A stretch of DNA of 64,000 nucleotides from the human T2T-CHM13v2.0 reference genome, Homo sapiens, in the NCBI RefSeq assembly GCF_009914755.1, contig NC_060930.1. One strand, given 5' to 3'. The notes beneath the pieces are model-generated. The model was not told the DNA's origin. It saw only the letters and a program-made list of their open reading frames with translations, and did not search any database. Shown piece after piece: positions 37,921 through 53,428 of this stretch (position 1 is its first letter; each line of letters opens with the position of its first letter). Made by a program: the position numbers and the translations under genes.

Positions 37921-39884
37921 ATAGAAAGAAGAAGAGATAAGAGTCATATGGTCCTAAACAAATAGAGAAAATTACTTGGGGTCCTGATTTTCCAGATCCT
38001 GATTCCAGTCCTCATGTGAAATAAATGCCTCTGTTACTCTTCCAATAAACATCCCTTTAAGGTTGAATAGTTTGGATAGATTTTGTCATTAAGATCATGG
38101 AGTTTTGAATAAATGGGCCTTTGCATGGATGAAGATATTGGAGATGTAGTTCCAATGAGTTAATCTGTTACCTTAGGAAATATAACCAATAGTTAATGCA
38201 GACTGGCATGGCTGCCAATTATTTTCCTTTAGGACAAGTTGTTTTCTAACTATGATCTATTTCTATTTCATTTTCCTCCTCACACCAACCTTAATGCAAA
38301 ACACAATTTTTGCATTCACTCTAAGAAATTTAGCAAGGAGGATTTCCTGGTGGTTATGGGAGGACAAAACATGCTGTAGCTCACCACAACATCTTTATGG
38401 GCTAGTCTCCTCTCCCAAGTCTCTCTTTTGAGGGGTCAGCTGCCGTATCTCACATTTCTCCAAATCTTACCTGCATCCTTTACATCTTCCTGGGCCTATC
38501 AACTTCTTGTCCTTTCTTTGGCAGAGTATTTCCGCCCTTTCCAGGGTGTGAAAAGATGTCTCAATATTAATTACTGAGAGTTTTTTCTGTTAATTTCCTT
38601 TTCCTTCCCCCACCATTTAAGGGAGGCTTTGACTTTGGCATACCCCATCAGGTGTAGTTATAGCAGGCGTACACGAGGAAAAGGAAGGCAGCTTTTTGAG
38701 CTTCTAAATAGACTTTTGAACAACCCAACTCAAAAGTAGAAGAAGAATGTTTTTAAGCTGCAAAAGTCAAAGTTTGTGGTATAAATAATACATTTGGGAA
38801 GCATGATGATTTCAGAGTCAGTTTCCTGAACTAAATTTGTCCAAGTGTAATGAGTTGAAGACAGAAGAGAGATAGAGAGCAGATAAAAGACAATGGACTG
38901 CTGAAAATTAGCTTGTGACCTGCCCTCTCTGTCACCATCCCTTGGCCAATCTTATGTAATTTTGATGGCCTGAGGTCAGAGGGGATCTGTGCTTGATATC
39001 TGGATGTGGCCCAGACAAACAAACTGAGGCTCTAGAGATCCTTGCACTGCATCGGCAGAATGACGTGCTGCCTAGAGTGTCTAGACACACAGGGCTGGAG
39101 GCAGTCCTCAGACTACCATAGTGCCCTAGTGACTGGAAATAATCTCAAAGGACACAGCTGGTAGAACTAAAGGGTCTTCACAGACTAGGTGAGAGGACAT
39201 GAGTGGCGGGGAAGATGATCCAGACTATGAGCATTAGCCAATGTAGAGGGGGGATAATGGCTAGGAACCAGTAACTTCTCTCATGCCACGACATGATAAG
39301 AGGCACCAGAGGAGAAAGAACAGAGGGAATGAAGGGGCTGAAGGGGGAGGTGCTTGGCTTTCCATGGTGGCCTCTCAAGTAGCAATGATAGTTTACTTTT
39401 CTGTTGTAGGTCTACTCTGAGTCCAAATCATCACTGAAATTGTGTTGAACATTTCAGATGGAAAATATAAAGACTGAGGCTGTGTTGGAGATGGGGGAAA
39501 CTTTTGAAAACAATAGGGATTATTTGGAGGGGACTGCCCATAGGAAAAGCAAGACAAGCAGACTAAAGCCAAATGCCCAGCTGAGGTGGAAAGAGACTTC
39601 AGGAAAATATGAACAGTGGACTTGGGGAACATGTGAGCATTGTCTGGGGAAAGAGAAATGTGGTAAATAAACTTCAAAGTGCATGGATGGTTACAAAATC
39701 ATTAGAATTTGCATATTACAGAAAAAGTGACTTCCTACTAACACTTCAAATGAAGAAGAGAAATTAGGTTTTTCTCTTTTTTTTTCCAATCTAGACGTAA
39801 ACAACTTTAACCAATAAAAGTCTTATGAGATTGTCACTTTACCTATGCCATAGGAATGCTGTGCTTCTAACTCTGGTGGCGTAG

Positions 39885-40022
39885 TTCAATGCCAGGGGAG
39901 CTTAAAAATATGCTGATGCCCAGGCCTCCCTCCCAGAGATTCTGATTAAACTGGGTTGAGACATTGTTTACAAAAGCTCCCCAGGTGATTCTAATGCATA
40001 GCCAAGGCTATGAACTGCTGTA
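39885..40022. mobile_element. MER5A
   Basis: cccagagattctgatt..aaaagctccccaggtgattctaatgcatagcc. Confidence 0.8.
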
Positions 40023-40800
40023 GTGAGGACTTTAGCTCATTTTTTGTAGTTCTCAGAAAACCCTCTTTTATAACATCTGTGTCCATTTAAATGGGACACA
40101 GCCTATTGAACAAGATTCTAAAATCACCAATAATGATCAAAGGTATCGAAAAGAAGATAAAAGAGAAAGCTATATCTTGTTCATCTTGTTTTGTTTCTTG
40201 GTTTTCCTACCTCTGATCCTTCAGCTTATGAATTACCCAGCCTCTTTCTTTCTTGTCTCTTTCTCTTTGGTGGTCTGCCTTTGGGACATTTTATTTTCTT
40301 CAGCTCCTTTAAAAGAAGATAAGCGAATAAAGTCAGAAGAGTCTATTTTGCTGCTTGTTTGAGTAAAATGTTTGAGTGGCCAAAATTAGAAACTATTGAC
40401 TTAATTGAGATTGGAAGATAGGGTATGAATTTGATTGACCTATACTTTGAACAAACATGATGGATAGGATAGCTTTGTTATGGTTTATCATCTTCCAACT
40501 TAGTTTACAATTGAAACCATAAAGCAGCAATTCTTCATCTTTTTAGAATTAAAAATACCCAATAGATGTTTGTTTGATATCATTACCTGTCCCACCAATC
40601 CTGGTCTCAAAGGTGCTGCATAGCATAGACTTGATTTAAATTAAATAAATTAAGATGAACTCTCCTTTGAACATCACTGGAAATTGTTGGCACAGTAGCT
40701 GAGATTTTGGTGACTGCTATGGCACTCTCCTTTTCACTATATGGGTAGGAAGCTTGGATCTGATGTTTTACATTTTTGCTTTCATGTACAACTCTTGTCT

Positions 40801-41025
40801 TTTTTTTCTTTTAAGTTCTGGGATACATGTGCAGAATGTGCAGGTTTGTTACAGAGGTATACATGTGCCATGGTGGATTGCTGCACCCGTCAACCTGTCA
40901 TCTAGGTTTTAAGCCCCACATGCATTAGGTATTTGTCCTAACGCTCTCCCTCCCTTTCCCCCACACCCCCCGACTGGCCCGTGTGTGTGTGATATTCCCC
41001 TCCCTGTGTCCATGTGTTCTCCTTG
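40801..41025 (-). mobile_element. L1PA7/8-type 3' end, 5'-truncated
   Basis: Antisense L1 3'UTR; TSD catgtacaactctt(g/t)tct (40783-40800 / 41026-41043). Confidence 0.9.
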
Positions 41026-41724
41026 CATGTACAACTCTTTTCTACCTGAGTACTTTGGGTGGAAAAAGTTCTGATGTCATTGGAGTATTCTCATAGTGGG
41101 AGGAAAGACTTAGCAATTAAAAATATTCTAGAGTAAAGAGTAAAAGAAACTTTTATTACTCTTTCATAGCAATTAGCTGCCAGCTAAGCTCAAGTCTTGT
41201 TCTGAAGAAAATTAGAAATTATTTATATTCCATTAGAAATAAAGAATAATGCAGCAATGTTCCTTAACACTTACTTTTTAGTCCACATTTTAGGTGGTTC
41301 ATATATTGCTATTTAAACCCTTGGAGCTTTTTCACTGCTTTATAGATGTAATCTTAAAAGCATAACCTTTGAGTGAAAGTCAATATTATTGTACATAATC
41401 TTTTGAGTCTTCATTTTTTCAACGTGCTCCAATATAAGAAAATGGCAAGAGGTTACAGAGCACTGGTTTGTAATGTGGGTAATATGGTCATTTTCCTCAA
41501 ACCACTTATGTTTAAACAGTAGATAAATCTTCATTAGCTTTTTACACAGAGAAGCTAAAATTCCCAACAATGTAATCACATTCAGAGTTACTCTTATGTT
41601 CATTATCTAATTTTACCTTATAAAGGGTGATATTATTACAAATGTAAAGAAAATCTGAAGGTAGTTTGTGTTTTTTTCTATTCTTCTTTGGGTTTTATTT
41701 TTTAGTCCTAAGAAAATATATTAT

Positions 41725-42285
41725 GGGCTACCAAAGCTGGTGAGGGCAAGAAGGTTGCACACTATAAGGGTGATAGTGACAATTTATGTTAGTCTTTTAG
41801 AAAGCAATGTATACTGACATATTTGAATTGTTCATACTATTTGATGCAGTGATTTGCTTTATGAATGTATGTAAAAGAAATCACCCTAAAATAATTTGTA
41901 ATCACTCCGCGTACAATGATATTTATCATAATGTTAATTAGGATATAAAAAAATTAGAAGCAACATCAATGTCCAACTATAGAGGAAAGGCTAAGTAACT
42001 ATAGGACACCCACTGGATGTAATAATACACTATCATTTAAAAGAGAGTGTAAAAATATAGAAAAAATATCTAGGATACTACAGAACAACAATATAATAAA
42101 AAGTGGTATAAGATGTGCAGTCGTAACTCAGTTAAAGCAATGAAACCAAAATCTATGTATAAGTCCCTGTAAAAACACATTATACTGGTTATGTTTGGAT
42201 GATGGGATCAGAAATGAGCTTAAAATAGTTTTCTATTTTCATGTAATTTTTCCAATTTTCTAGAAAAAATAACATTAAATAATAA
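41725..42285 (+). mobile_element. Ancient L1M (L1ME-like) 3' fragment
   Basis: Degenerate ORF2-end and 3'UTR motifs (aaaaaattagaagcaac..tgtccaac; tttctattttc..ttttccaatttt). Confidence 0.55.
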
Positions 42286-42759
42286 AATGAGGAAGATATA
42301 GTAAAATGAGGAAGCAACTGGTTTATGGGCTATGGGCTTAATAGTTGCATAGGGATGGGGAAGAAAGGTGCCATCCTTTTCTTGGTGGGTAGAAGACTGT
42401 AAGATGACAGTGCCAGCATGAGTGGGTAGGCTGTGACTCAAGTAATAAAGCCTCCATCAATTTCTTGGTTTCCCAGTCTATGCAAGTCACGGTTGTCCAA
42501 TTGTGATTTTAAAATTTGTTTTAACTAAGGAGAAATTTGTTTAGAAGAAACTTCATATAGAAGCAGAACAGATAGAAGCAGAGCTTCTTTGATTAAAGTG
42601 GGAGCAGGAGGGCTGAGCTCTGTTTATTCCATATCTTCCCAGATCTCTTGCTGACCAGAGAGAGGGGTGTTGGGGAACCCCTAGAACTACTCACAGCATT
42701 TTGAAGAAACTATTAATACTATTTTTGTAAATACTGTTTTTTGAATGACTTTTATATAT

Positions 42760-42950
42760 AAACCCTTTACAAATGTTTTCTCTATTACTTACAAAATCCT
42801 ATGAATTAGGCATTATGAGGTCCGTTTTACAGGTGAATGAACTGAGACTCATAGAAGTGACTTGAGTTGCTGGAGATCATACATCTCAATGTCTAGAATT
42901 TGAGCCAGTTCTTGTCTGATTCTAAAACATATGCTTTTTACCACTATGTC
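42760..42950 (-). mobile_element. MIR
   Basis: ccgttttacaggtgaatgaactgagactcatagaagtgacttg. Confidence 0.7.
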
Positions 42951-42961
42951 ATGTTGCTGCC

Positions 42962-43377
42962 TGCTAGGATTTAGATATTCATCTGCTCCAAACCTCATGT
43001 TGAAATATGATCCCCTATGTTGGAGGTGGGGCCTAATGGAAGGTGTTTGGGTCATGTGAGCAGATCCCTCGTGAATATCTTGGTGCCATCCTTGGGGTAG
43101 TGACTTCTTACTCTATTAGTTATTCTGACACCTAGTGGTTAAAAAGAACCTGGCACCTCCACCCACCTTTCTCTTACTTCCACTCTCGCCATGTGATCTC
43201 GTCACATGCTCATTGCCTTTCACCTTCTTCCAAGAGTGGAATCAACCTGAGGCCCTCATTAGATGACCAATCTTGAACCTTCCAGTCAGCAGAACTGTGA
43301 GTTAAATTAACCTACTTTCTTTATAAATTACTCAGTCTTAGGTATTCCTTTATAGCAACACAAAACAGTTGAAGGCA
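42962..43377 (+). mobile_element. MSTB-type MaLR solo LTR
   Basis: ctcatgttgaaat..gttggaggtggggcctaatgg; ggtattcctttatagcaacac; TSD ctgcc/ctgct. Confidence 0.85.
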
Positions 43378-45407
43378 CTGCTCATGGACTAATAAGAAAC
43401 TACTCGGTTTTCACCAGACAATGTCCTCAGAAACAGCAGAAAGCAAAAAGGAATTAGGCAATTCACAATAGGTGCCTCCTTATAAGAGGCACCTATTGCG
43501 CCTCTTATAATTTTCCCCTCATTATCTTCCTATTGCAAAACTTATGAAATGAGGAAAGAGATGCAAAAAACTAGCCATGATAAAAATTGGGTATATGGTC
43601 GATCACTTGCCACCTCTTAAGAAGTATTTGCATGACTTGAAGTAGATCTAGAATAAGTAGTAGAAGTCGTGAAATGGCAGGGGTATTTCTGCCCAGAAGA
43701 TATAGTACATTTGTAGGCTAATGGAAGAAAGTTATCTCCCTACATTTGAGTTGCATTTTGAGGTGGTCAGGGCTATTCCACATTTTTTCTACCCCCTTCT
43801 CTGTTCTTTCTACAATTCTTTGGAGACTCCAGCCTAATAATGCAATATGGTCAATGGGGTAGCAGAAAACATTAAGGGTGAGATGAAAGACCAGTCCCAG
43901 GGAGAAATGAAGACTGGAGGCACTCTAGGGGTTCTTGTTTGTCATGCACTATTTGTGCAAGAATAAAATAAAAGGCTTTTTCTGGGATCTTACCAATAAA
44001 CAAATGACAGTGTGGGCACCAAGGAGAAGCTCCCACCTGTTTGCTGGCAAACATCAGGCCTCAGTAGATTGCTCCTTGTTTAAGTATTAAAGAAACTAAA
44101 TCTTTCCCCATACTTATCCAAATAAAAATCTAGTAGAACTTAAAACAGTATCACTTATATTTTAAATGACTTGAACACAAACAAAAACAAACCAGGAAAC
44201 CATGCTCTATATAGGGAAAGACATAACAAAATAGTAAGAAATCATAAAAGTCAGAAAACATAAAGTAATCCCATATAATTAATACTAGATTAATTTTGAT
44301 AGTTAATCCCTCAGAAATTTTGATAGTTAATCCCTGAGTTAATCCCTCAGAAATACAAAGATTCTTAGATTGTGTCAAAACACAAAATTAATCTCTACTC
44401 TGTAGAAATTTGAAAAGAAAGGTGTCCAGTAAGGGAAAGGGCTGCCAGAGAGGACCCTATTCACTGGGTATCCAGAGACTTTGAATATGCAGGCCTAAGA
44501 AATTTCTAAATGTACTATTTGCCATATTCAGTTTTAACTAAAGGAATCTGCCTCATGTCAACAAAGTTCTTCATACCATTTTGTTAATTTACAATGTGAA
44601 ATATCAGTCGAGTAGCCTGGATGATCAAATAGATCAAGCACACACTTTCTCTTCTATTTTCAGAGTGGTTATTATAGCTGAGCTTTATGTATATATTTAC
44701 CGCCATTTAATTCCCAATCATATGAAGTAGGCATTATGAGTATTTCTATTTTACAGAGGGCGAACTAACAAAACACAAAGCTAATATAATTACCCAAAGT
44801 AACACAGTGAACAGGTGGTGAAGCAGGTGTCTTGGTGATGATGGAATCAGAGCAGTGAGAGTTAGTTAGATGGTGCCAATGTTTAACGGCATTAAGCTCT
44901 TAAAGGCTGATGTTTTCCATCTCCAAAGCAGACATTCTGTAGTTGGTCTGACTAGGCCCTAGAACCTGGACAAAGGCTAGATGGGATCTTCAATACATTC
45001 TATTTTCTCCAGTTCACTTCTGACTGACATATTCTTAAGTTAATACATTCAACCAGGTTTCAGGCATGTGATACAGGTCTGAAACATTTTCTTTGTTTTT
45101 TTAAAGGCAACTTTGCTGTACCTGCTCTGCATATGGATATTGATTTATGGTTTAACTCTCAAAGGGAAATCTCATTTATCTCATTTCAGTTGTTAATTAA
45201 TGGTCTGAGGGAGGTTTTTAAAAATGTATCTGAAGGCTCTGTCTTTGACTAGGTAGTGGTGGAGTTTATTGCTAGTCGCTTGAGTAAGAACTTAGAGACA
45301 ATATTGATCAGATTTGTAGATTACACAATTTAAAAACAAAACATAATACATTTGTCATTAAAACCAAAATCTAAAAGGATCTGAGTAGCCTGAGATAATG
45401 GGACAGG

Positions 45408-45530
45408 TTTATTTATTCAGCCATTTATTTTTTTTAAATGTATTTAGTACTTAGTATATGCCAGGAATTAAGAGATGATTCAGTGGTAACCAGGCAGACA
45501 GGTATCCTGACTTTATAGCATTCTCAGTAT
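45408..45530 (-). mobile_element. L2 3' end
   Basis: aaatgtatttagtacttagtatatgccagg antisense terminus. Confidence 0.6.
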
Positions 45531-45589
45531 TTCAGAAAAGATAAATTTTAATAGGAATAATTTTAAGGGCTGTACTTAAATTTTAAGGG

Positions 45590-47260
<1,671 letters not shown>

Positions 47261-48159
47261 AAGGCAGCACCTGGGAAAAAAGTTTTAGTTGAGATTAAGT
47301 TTTATGTAAGTTAATGGTGGGAGATAGCTATAACAAAGCTGATATACTATTTACATTGAAAGAAATAGATGATGTCTCAAGCAAAGGAAGTTTTATTATT
47401 ATTAATTATTGCACCCCATGATGACCAGATCATGCCAAAAGCATTGTCTAAATTTCCTGTGTAGCATGCTTTAACATCAACAAATTTAATGAGGTCCAGA
47501 AGATAGCAATAAAGATGGCGAAGGAAGCTTGAGAACATGCCACAAGATGAGAACTATAAGAAACTGGGATGCTAAGCCTGGAGAAGGGAAAGTTTGTGGG
47601 CTACATGATGGTGATTTTAAGTATGTGAGAGGCTGGGGGAGAAAGTAGACTTTCGCTGAATGACTATCTGGTTCTCTGTGAAGAAGCATTAAGTTATTAT
47701 GCAACAAGGGCCAATGTCTATGTCTGAGCTGTTGAGCCGGGTAAATACCAGAGGATGACTAAATTCCCTCTGTTCTCAGACTTGTATAGGGAAAAGAAAT
47801 ACAAGTCGTAAAGAATCATTTTTATTGTCATCTTTTTTTGGTGGAGTATATCTGTGATAATAGATAGATAGATAGGTAGATATGAGTGTTCCGTCTTACT
47901 TCCAGACTGAAAAATCACAAACCATACAATTCAGAATTGCTGTGGAACATCTGAGTTCCTACATGATAAACCACTACCTAATATACAGATTTGTGTTTTG
48001 CTTAGCTCACATGAGCAATTTATATTTTCCTCTGGTGCAATGACAAGTCAGACTTCTTGGCAATTCCCTTGAGGTGCTCAGTATGATACAAAAATTGGGC
48101 ATTAGAATCTTTTATTTTGGCTTTCATAAATGAGAATCACAATGAGGGGGGATGGCTTG

Positions 48160-48522
48160 TGCTGTGGTTTGAATGTGTCCCCTAAAGTTCATGTGTTGGA
48201 CACTTACTCCCCAGTGTGACAGTGTTGAAAGGTGAGGCCTAATGGGATGTGTTTAGGTCATAGGGGCTCAACCTTTATGAATAGATTAATGCTGATTACA
48301 AAAAGTTTTGAGGTTGTGAGTTAGATCTTTTGCTGTCTCACATCCTTTTGCTTGTCTTCTGCCTTCTGTTATGGGATGATGCAGCATGAAAGCACTCACC
48401 AGAGGCAGTCCCTCAGTCTTGGACTTCTCAGCCTCCAGAATCATGAACCATATGAACTATTGTTCATAAATTGCCCCCAGTCTGTGGTATTCTGTTATAG
48501 AAGCACAAAATGGGTTAAGACA
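48160..48522 (+). mobile_element. MSTC-type MaLR solo LTR
   Basis: tgctgtggtttgaatgtgtcc start, tggtattctgttatag..taagaca end; TSD gcttg/gcttc. Confidence 0.85.
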
Positions 48523-49183
48523 GCTTCTGAGAGCATTTTGTGCTTTCAATCTAGAATTAAATGCCAATTAGTGTGATCTCAGAAGAACTGCATTGCTAAC
48601 TCTGGAAGTAGAATAGTCCTAGAGGAATGGAGTAATTAATTATTCACCATTTAGCTCTATATATCCAGAATATTCTACCAAATCAGACTCCAATCTGTTA
48701 AAAATAAGTATTATGGGTGACATACAAAGACTTTCTAACCTGTTCTCTTTCCTGCAAACTTTCCTTTTAAAGTCAGGTATCAGGTAGAATATTGGGTACT
48801 ATGAGAAACTCTTAAACAAAACAAACTTGAATTCATGAAAAGACAAATAATTTCATGCCCATCTTCTGTAGAAATACAGTTGCACAAAGCTTTATATATA
48901 TTGGACTTTACAAAAACAGTTTCTATAAACACAACACAGCTCTTTAATTGGGCAAGATTTAAGAGTTAAAAATTTTAAATAAATTATTTAGGTTACTTTG
49001 CCTAACACAAGACCTTTTTAGGCTTACTGCTACTATTTTCATTTCTAATAATAACAAGTAATATTTCTAGGTGTAGTTGTTATATTTCAGAAATGTGACT
49101 TGGCTAAGAGTATTCCTAAATCTAGCAATAGCGAGTCATATTTTTATGAATCCAATAGCAATAATGGCAAAAACAAGTATTAG

Positions 49184-49535
<352 letters not shown>

Positions 49536-50230
49536 GTGCTTATCACTTTCTAAAATTTATTATCTCATCTGATCCTATAGATACTATCCCTTGAGATTTG
49601 TTTTTTGTTATTATCTATACTTTATTCATGAAGAAACAGATTTACAAAGTGCATATAACATGTTTAAACACAGTTAGAAACTTGCACAGGTGAAATTTAA
49701 ATTGAGAATTTCAAATTCTATGCTAATTCTATTTTGCCAAGCCACATAGAATGCATCTTGAAGGAGGAGTTCAGGTTGCTGAGGCACCTGAGAGAGGAAC
49801 ATGACCAAACATAGCTCTCACTAGGAAAAACCTCCACTTGAAGAAAACAAGAACATTTTGTCAAATAGTATAGAACATGCTAACAATAGTAGTGTTTATA
49901 ATACTTAAAAAAATCTATTTTTATCACCAAAGACAGGAAGGAAGGCTGCATTCTCTTGTTGAGAATTGCAAAGGATGTACTTTTAGGGAGGGTCATAGAT
50001 TACAGATCTTGAAGAAGTTGTGAAAAACATTGGGATAGAAACTCAGTCACTTTGTTAAACTCTGCATGACTGGCTTAGACAACATAGGAGGGTAAGTGCC
50101 TTAATTTGATTGTAGAGTTTGGAAGGAAAAACTGGGAGAGTGTAGTCCAGATATTTCCTCTTGCTTCCTCATCTTGAGAGCTGCTGTCCTCACAAAGACT
50201 GTGCCTTGCTCTGCTTCTTCAGACTGCAAG

Positions 50231-50373
50231 TTTTACAGATGCAAGCACCATACTGGAGTTTTAAAGATGCAGGCATGATACATACAATTTTACGAATGCA
50301 AGCACCACTTGTGGAGTGTACAGATGCAGGTATCACACATAAAATTTTAAAGATGTAGGTGCCATACATGGAA
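50231..50373. repeat. Degenerate ~28-bp minisatellite, 5 units, largely alternating A/B types
   Basis: Units start at 50231, 50259, 50288, 50317 and 50345 with core TTTTAcAGATGCAgGca. Confidence 0.8.
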
Positions 50374-50659
50374 ACCACTGGTGACAGATATGTGGCCTTG
50401 CCTAATTCTGAGGCTTGCACTACAGATGAAAGCCATATTCTTGAATATCACTTGACCAGTAATAAAGATAATATATTTCCTCCTCTATCTGCCTTGCACT
50501 TGTATAGTTCATTTGGCAAAAAAACTTAGAGAATGGAGGTGATAATTTATTGGGACCCTTCAAATTTCAACATTAGGTTAGATATTTGGAGGGTCCCTGA
50601 TTAATATAATATATAGGTCCCAAATCCATATGTATTTCTAATATATATTTTCCAATAAC

Positions 50660-53428
50660 AGCACAAAAGAGCTAGGTAGGAACAAGGCTATATTGGTCTA
50701 AGGAAATAACCTCAAATGGTAATTTGAATCCACACGAAAAAATGAGATCCAAAAATGATTAAAAAGAAAATAAATATAACAAAAGCCATAAATATATACT
50801 TGTCCTTTCTTCTTTCAAAGATATAAAATTATATAAAATAATAACTATAACAATTTACTGTTGGTTTTGTAACATTTATAGATGTAGTATTTATAACAAT
50901 ATCAGAAAAAGGGGTAAAAGGGAATGGAACTATACAGAAATGTTTCTATGGTTCACTGGAATTAAGTTTGTATAAATCTGATAAAATGTATATGGTAAGC
51001 TCTAGAGCAACTAAACTAAAATATGCATAGTAGAGATTATTTAAAAAATTACATGCTATATTTGAAGACATTTACTACTGCAAAATAAGTGTTAAAGTAG
51101 AATAACAAACAATGGAGTAATAAATTTAAACAAGGGAGTGCAAGACTTATGCAATGAAAACTACATAACATCATTGATAGAAATTAAAGACCTAAGTAAA
51201 TGGAAGGAAATCTTGTGTTCAGATATTGACTTAATATTGTTAAGACATGATATGGTTTGGCTGTGTCCCCACCCAAATCTCATTTGGGTTTGAATTGGAA
51301 GAAGAAATAATTAGCAAACTTGAAAATAGATTGATGAAGATTATGCAATCTAAAGTAGAGAGAAAAAAAGATGCATAAAAATGAACAGAGCTTCACAGAA
51401 ATATGAGACGTCAAGTGCACCAACATACACATAATGAGAGTACCAGAAGGAAAGGAGAGAGTGAAAGAAGCAGAAAAAATATTTATAAAAATGATAGCAG
51501 AAAATTTCCAAATTTATTAAAAAACAATCTACACATTCAGGAAACTCAATAAACGTCACATAAAATAAATACACATGTTGTGGGAGGGACCTGGTAGGAG
51601 TTAATTAAATCATGGGAGCAGGTCTTTTCAATGCTATTCTTATAATAGTGAATAAGTCTCACAGAATCTGATGGTTTTAAAAAGGGGAGTTTCCCTGCAC
51701 AAGCTCTCTTTCGGCCTGCTGCCATCCATATAAGACGTGACTTTGCTCCTCCTAGCCTTCTGCCATGATTGTGAGACTTCCCCAGCCATGATTGTGAGAC
51801 TTCCCCATGCCTTTTGCCAGGATTATGAGACTTCCCCAGCCTCTTTCTTTCGTAAATTGCCCAGGCTCAGGTATGTCTTTATCAGCAGTGTGAAAATGGA
51901 CTAACACAAGTCATTAATACCCAAATTTGTCTATAGATTCAATGCAATCCTTTCTCAAAATCCAACTGCTGTTTTGCAGTAATGGACAAGTTAATATCTA
52001 GAAAAAACAAAGCAATATTGAAAAAGAAGAACAAAACTTAATGACTCACACTTCCTGATTTCAAAACTTACTGCAAAGTGACAGTAATTAAGATAGTGTG
52101 GCACAAAGTTAAAAATAGAGATCAATGCAATAGATTGAAAGTCCAGAAATAAGTCCACATGTCTATGGTCAGCTATTTTTTTTCTAAGATCATCAAATGG
52201 AGTAGAGAATAGTCTTTCCAACAAATGTTACTGGGATACCCAAATAGCCACAGGCAAAAGAATGAGGTTGAACTCTTACCTCATGCTATAAACAAAATTA
52301 ATTCTAAGTGAATCAAGAATCTAAATGTAAGATCCAAAACTATAAAACTATTAGAAGAAAATATAGGGGTAAATCTTTGTGATCTCAGATTTGGCAATGA
52401 TTCTGAGATGACATTAAAAGCACAGGCAATAAAAGAAAAATGGATACGCTGGACTTTATTAAAATTAAAAATGTTTTGTTCTTCAAAGGACATTATCAAG
52501 AAAGTGAAAAAACAGCCTACAGAAAGGGGGAACATTTACAAATTATATACCTGTAATAAACTGAAGAACTCTTACAACTCAATAATAAGAAGACAACTCA
52601 GTTAACAAACATTCAATGGATCTGAGGAGATATTTCTCTAAGATATACAAATGGCCAATAAGCACATGAAAGCAGATTCAACATTAGTTATCAGGGAAAT
52701 GCAAATCATACCAGAGAGAAATATTACTTCTCATCCACTGATGGTTAAAATTAAAAAGTGAGACTAAAAACTAGTTTGGGCAAAAATGTGGAGAAATCAG
52801 AACCCTCATACACTGCTGGTGGGAATGGAAAATGGTACAACTACTTTGGAAAGCAGTCTGCAATTTTTCAAACTGCTAAATACATAGTTACCATTTTATC
52901 TAGCAATTACATTCCTATGTGTATATCCAAGAGAAATGAAAACACATGTCCACAGAAAGACTTGTATAAGAATGTATATAGCAGCATTTTTCAATAGCCA
53001 AAAGATGAAAACAACTCAAATGTTCATCAACTAACAAATGAATAGACAAAATGTGGTATATATATACAATAAAATAATATTGTTATTAAAACAAATGAGG
53101 TACCAAACATGCTACAACATGGCTGAACTTTGAAAACACTAGATGAAGTCAAAGTAGCCAGACACAAGAGGTAACACATTGTATGATTCTATGATATGAA
53201 ATTCCGTGAACAGGCAAATCAATAGAGACAGAAAGATTAGATTAGTTGTTACTTATGGCTGAGGGCAACGGAGAAATACAGGATGGTAGGTAAAGGGTAA
53301 AGTTTCTTTTTGAGGTGATGAAAATGTTTTAAGATTGACTGTGGCCCAAACATATATCTGTGAATATATTGAAAACATTGACTTGTACTTGGGAGAATTA
53401 TAGGGTATGTGAACTATATCTCAACAAT
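50660..53428 (+). mobile_element. L1M/L1MB element, internally deleted, interrupted by THE1B
   Basis: Inter-ORF-like region, ORF2 peptides (KWIRWTLLKLKMFCSSKD) and L1MB7/8-like 3'UTR. Confidence 0.8.
51248..51908 (+). mobile_element. THE1B-type solo LTR, rearranged (captured L1 ORF1 piece and an internal triplication)
   Basis: tgatatggtttggctgtgtccccacccaaatctcat start; atcagcagtgtgaaaatggactaacaca end; TSD agaca/agtca. Confidence 0.9.

Noticed and set aside
50231-50373. CRISPR-like array
   Set aside because: Units are degenerate and contiguous without unique spacers; primate context and no cas genes.
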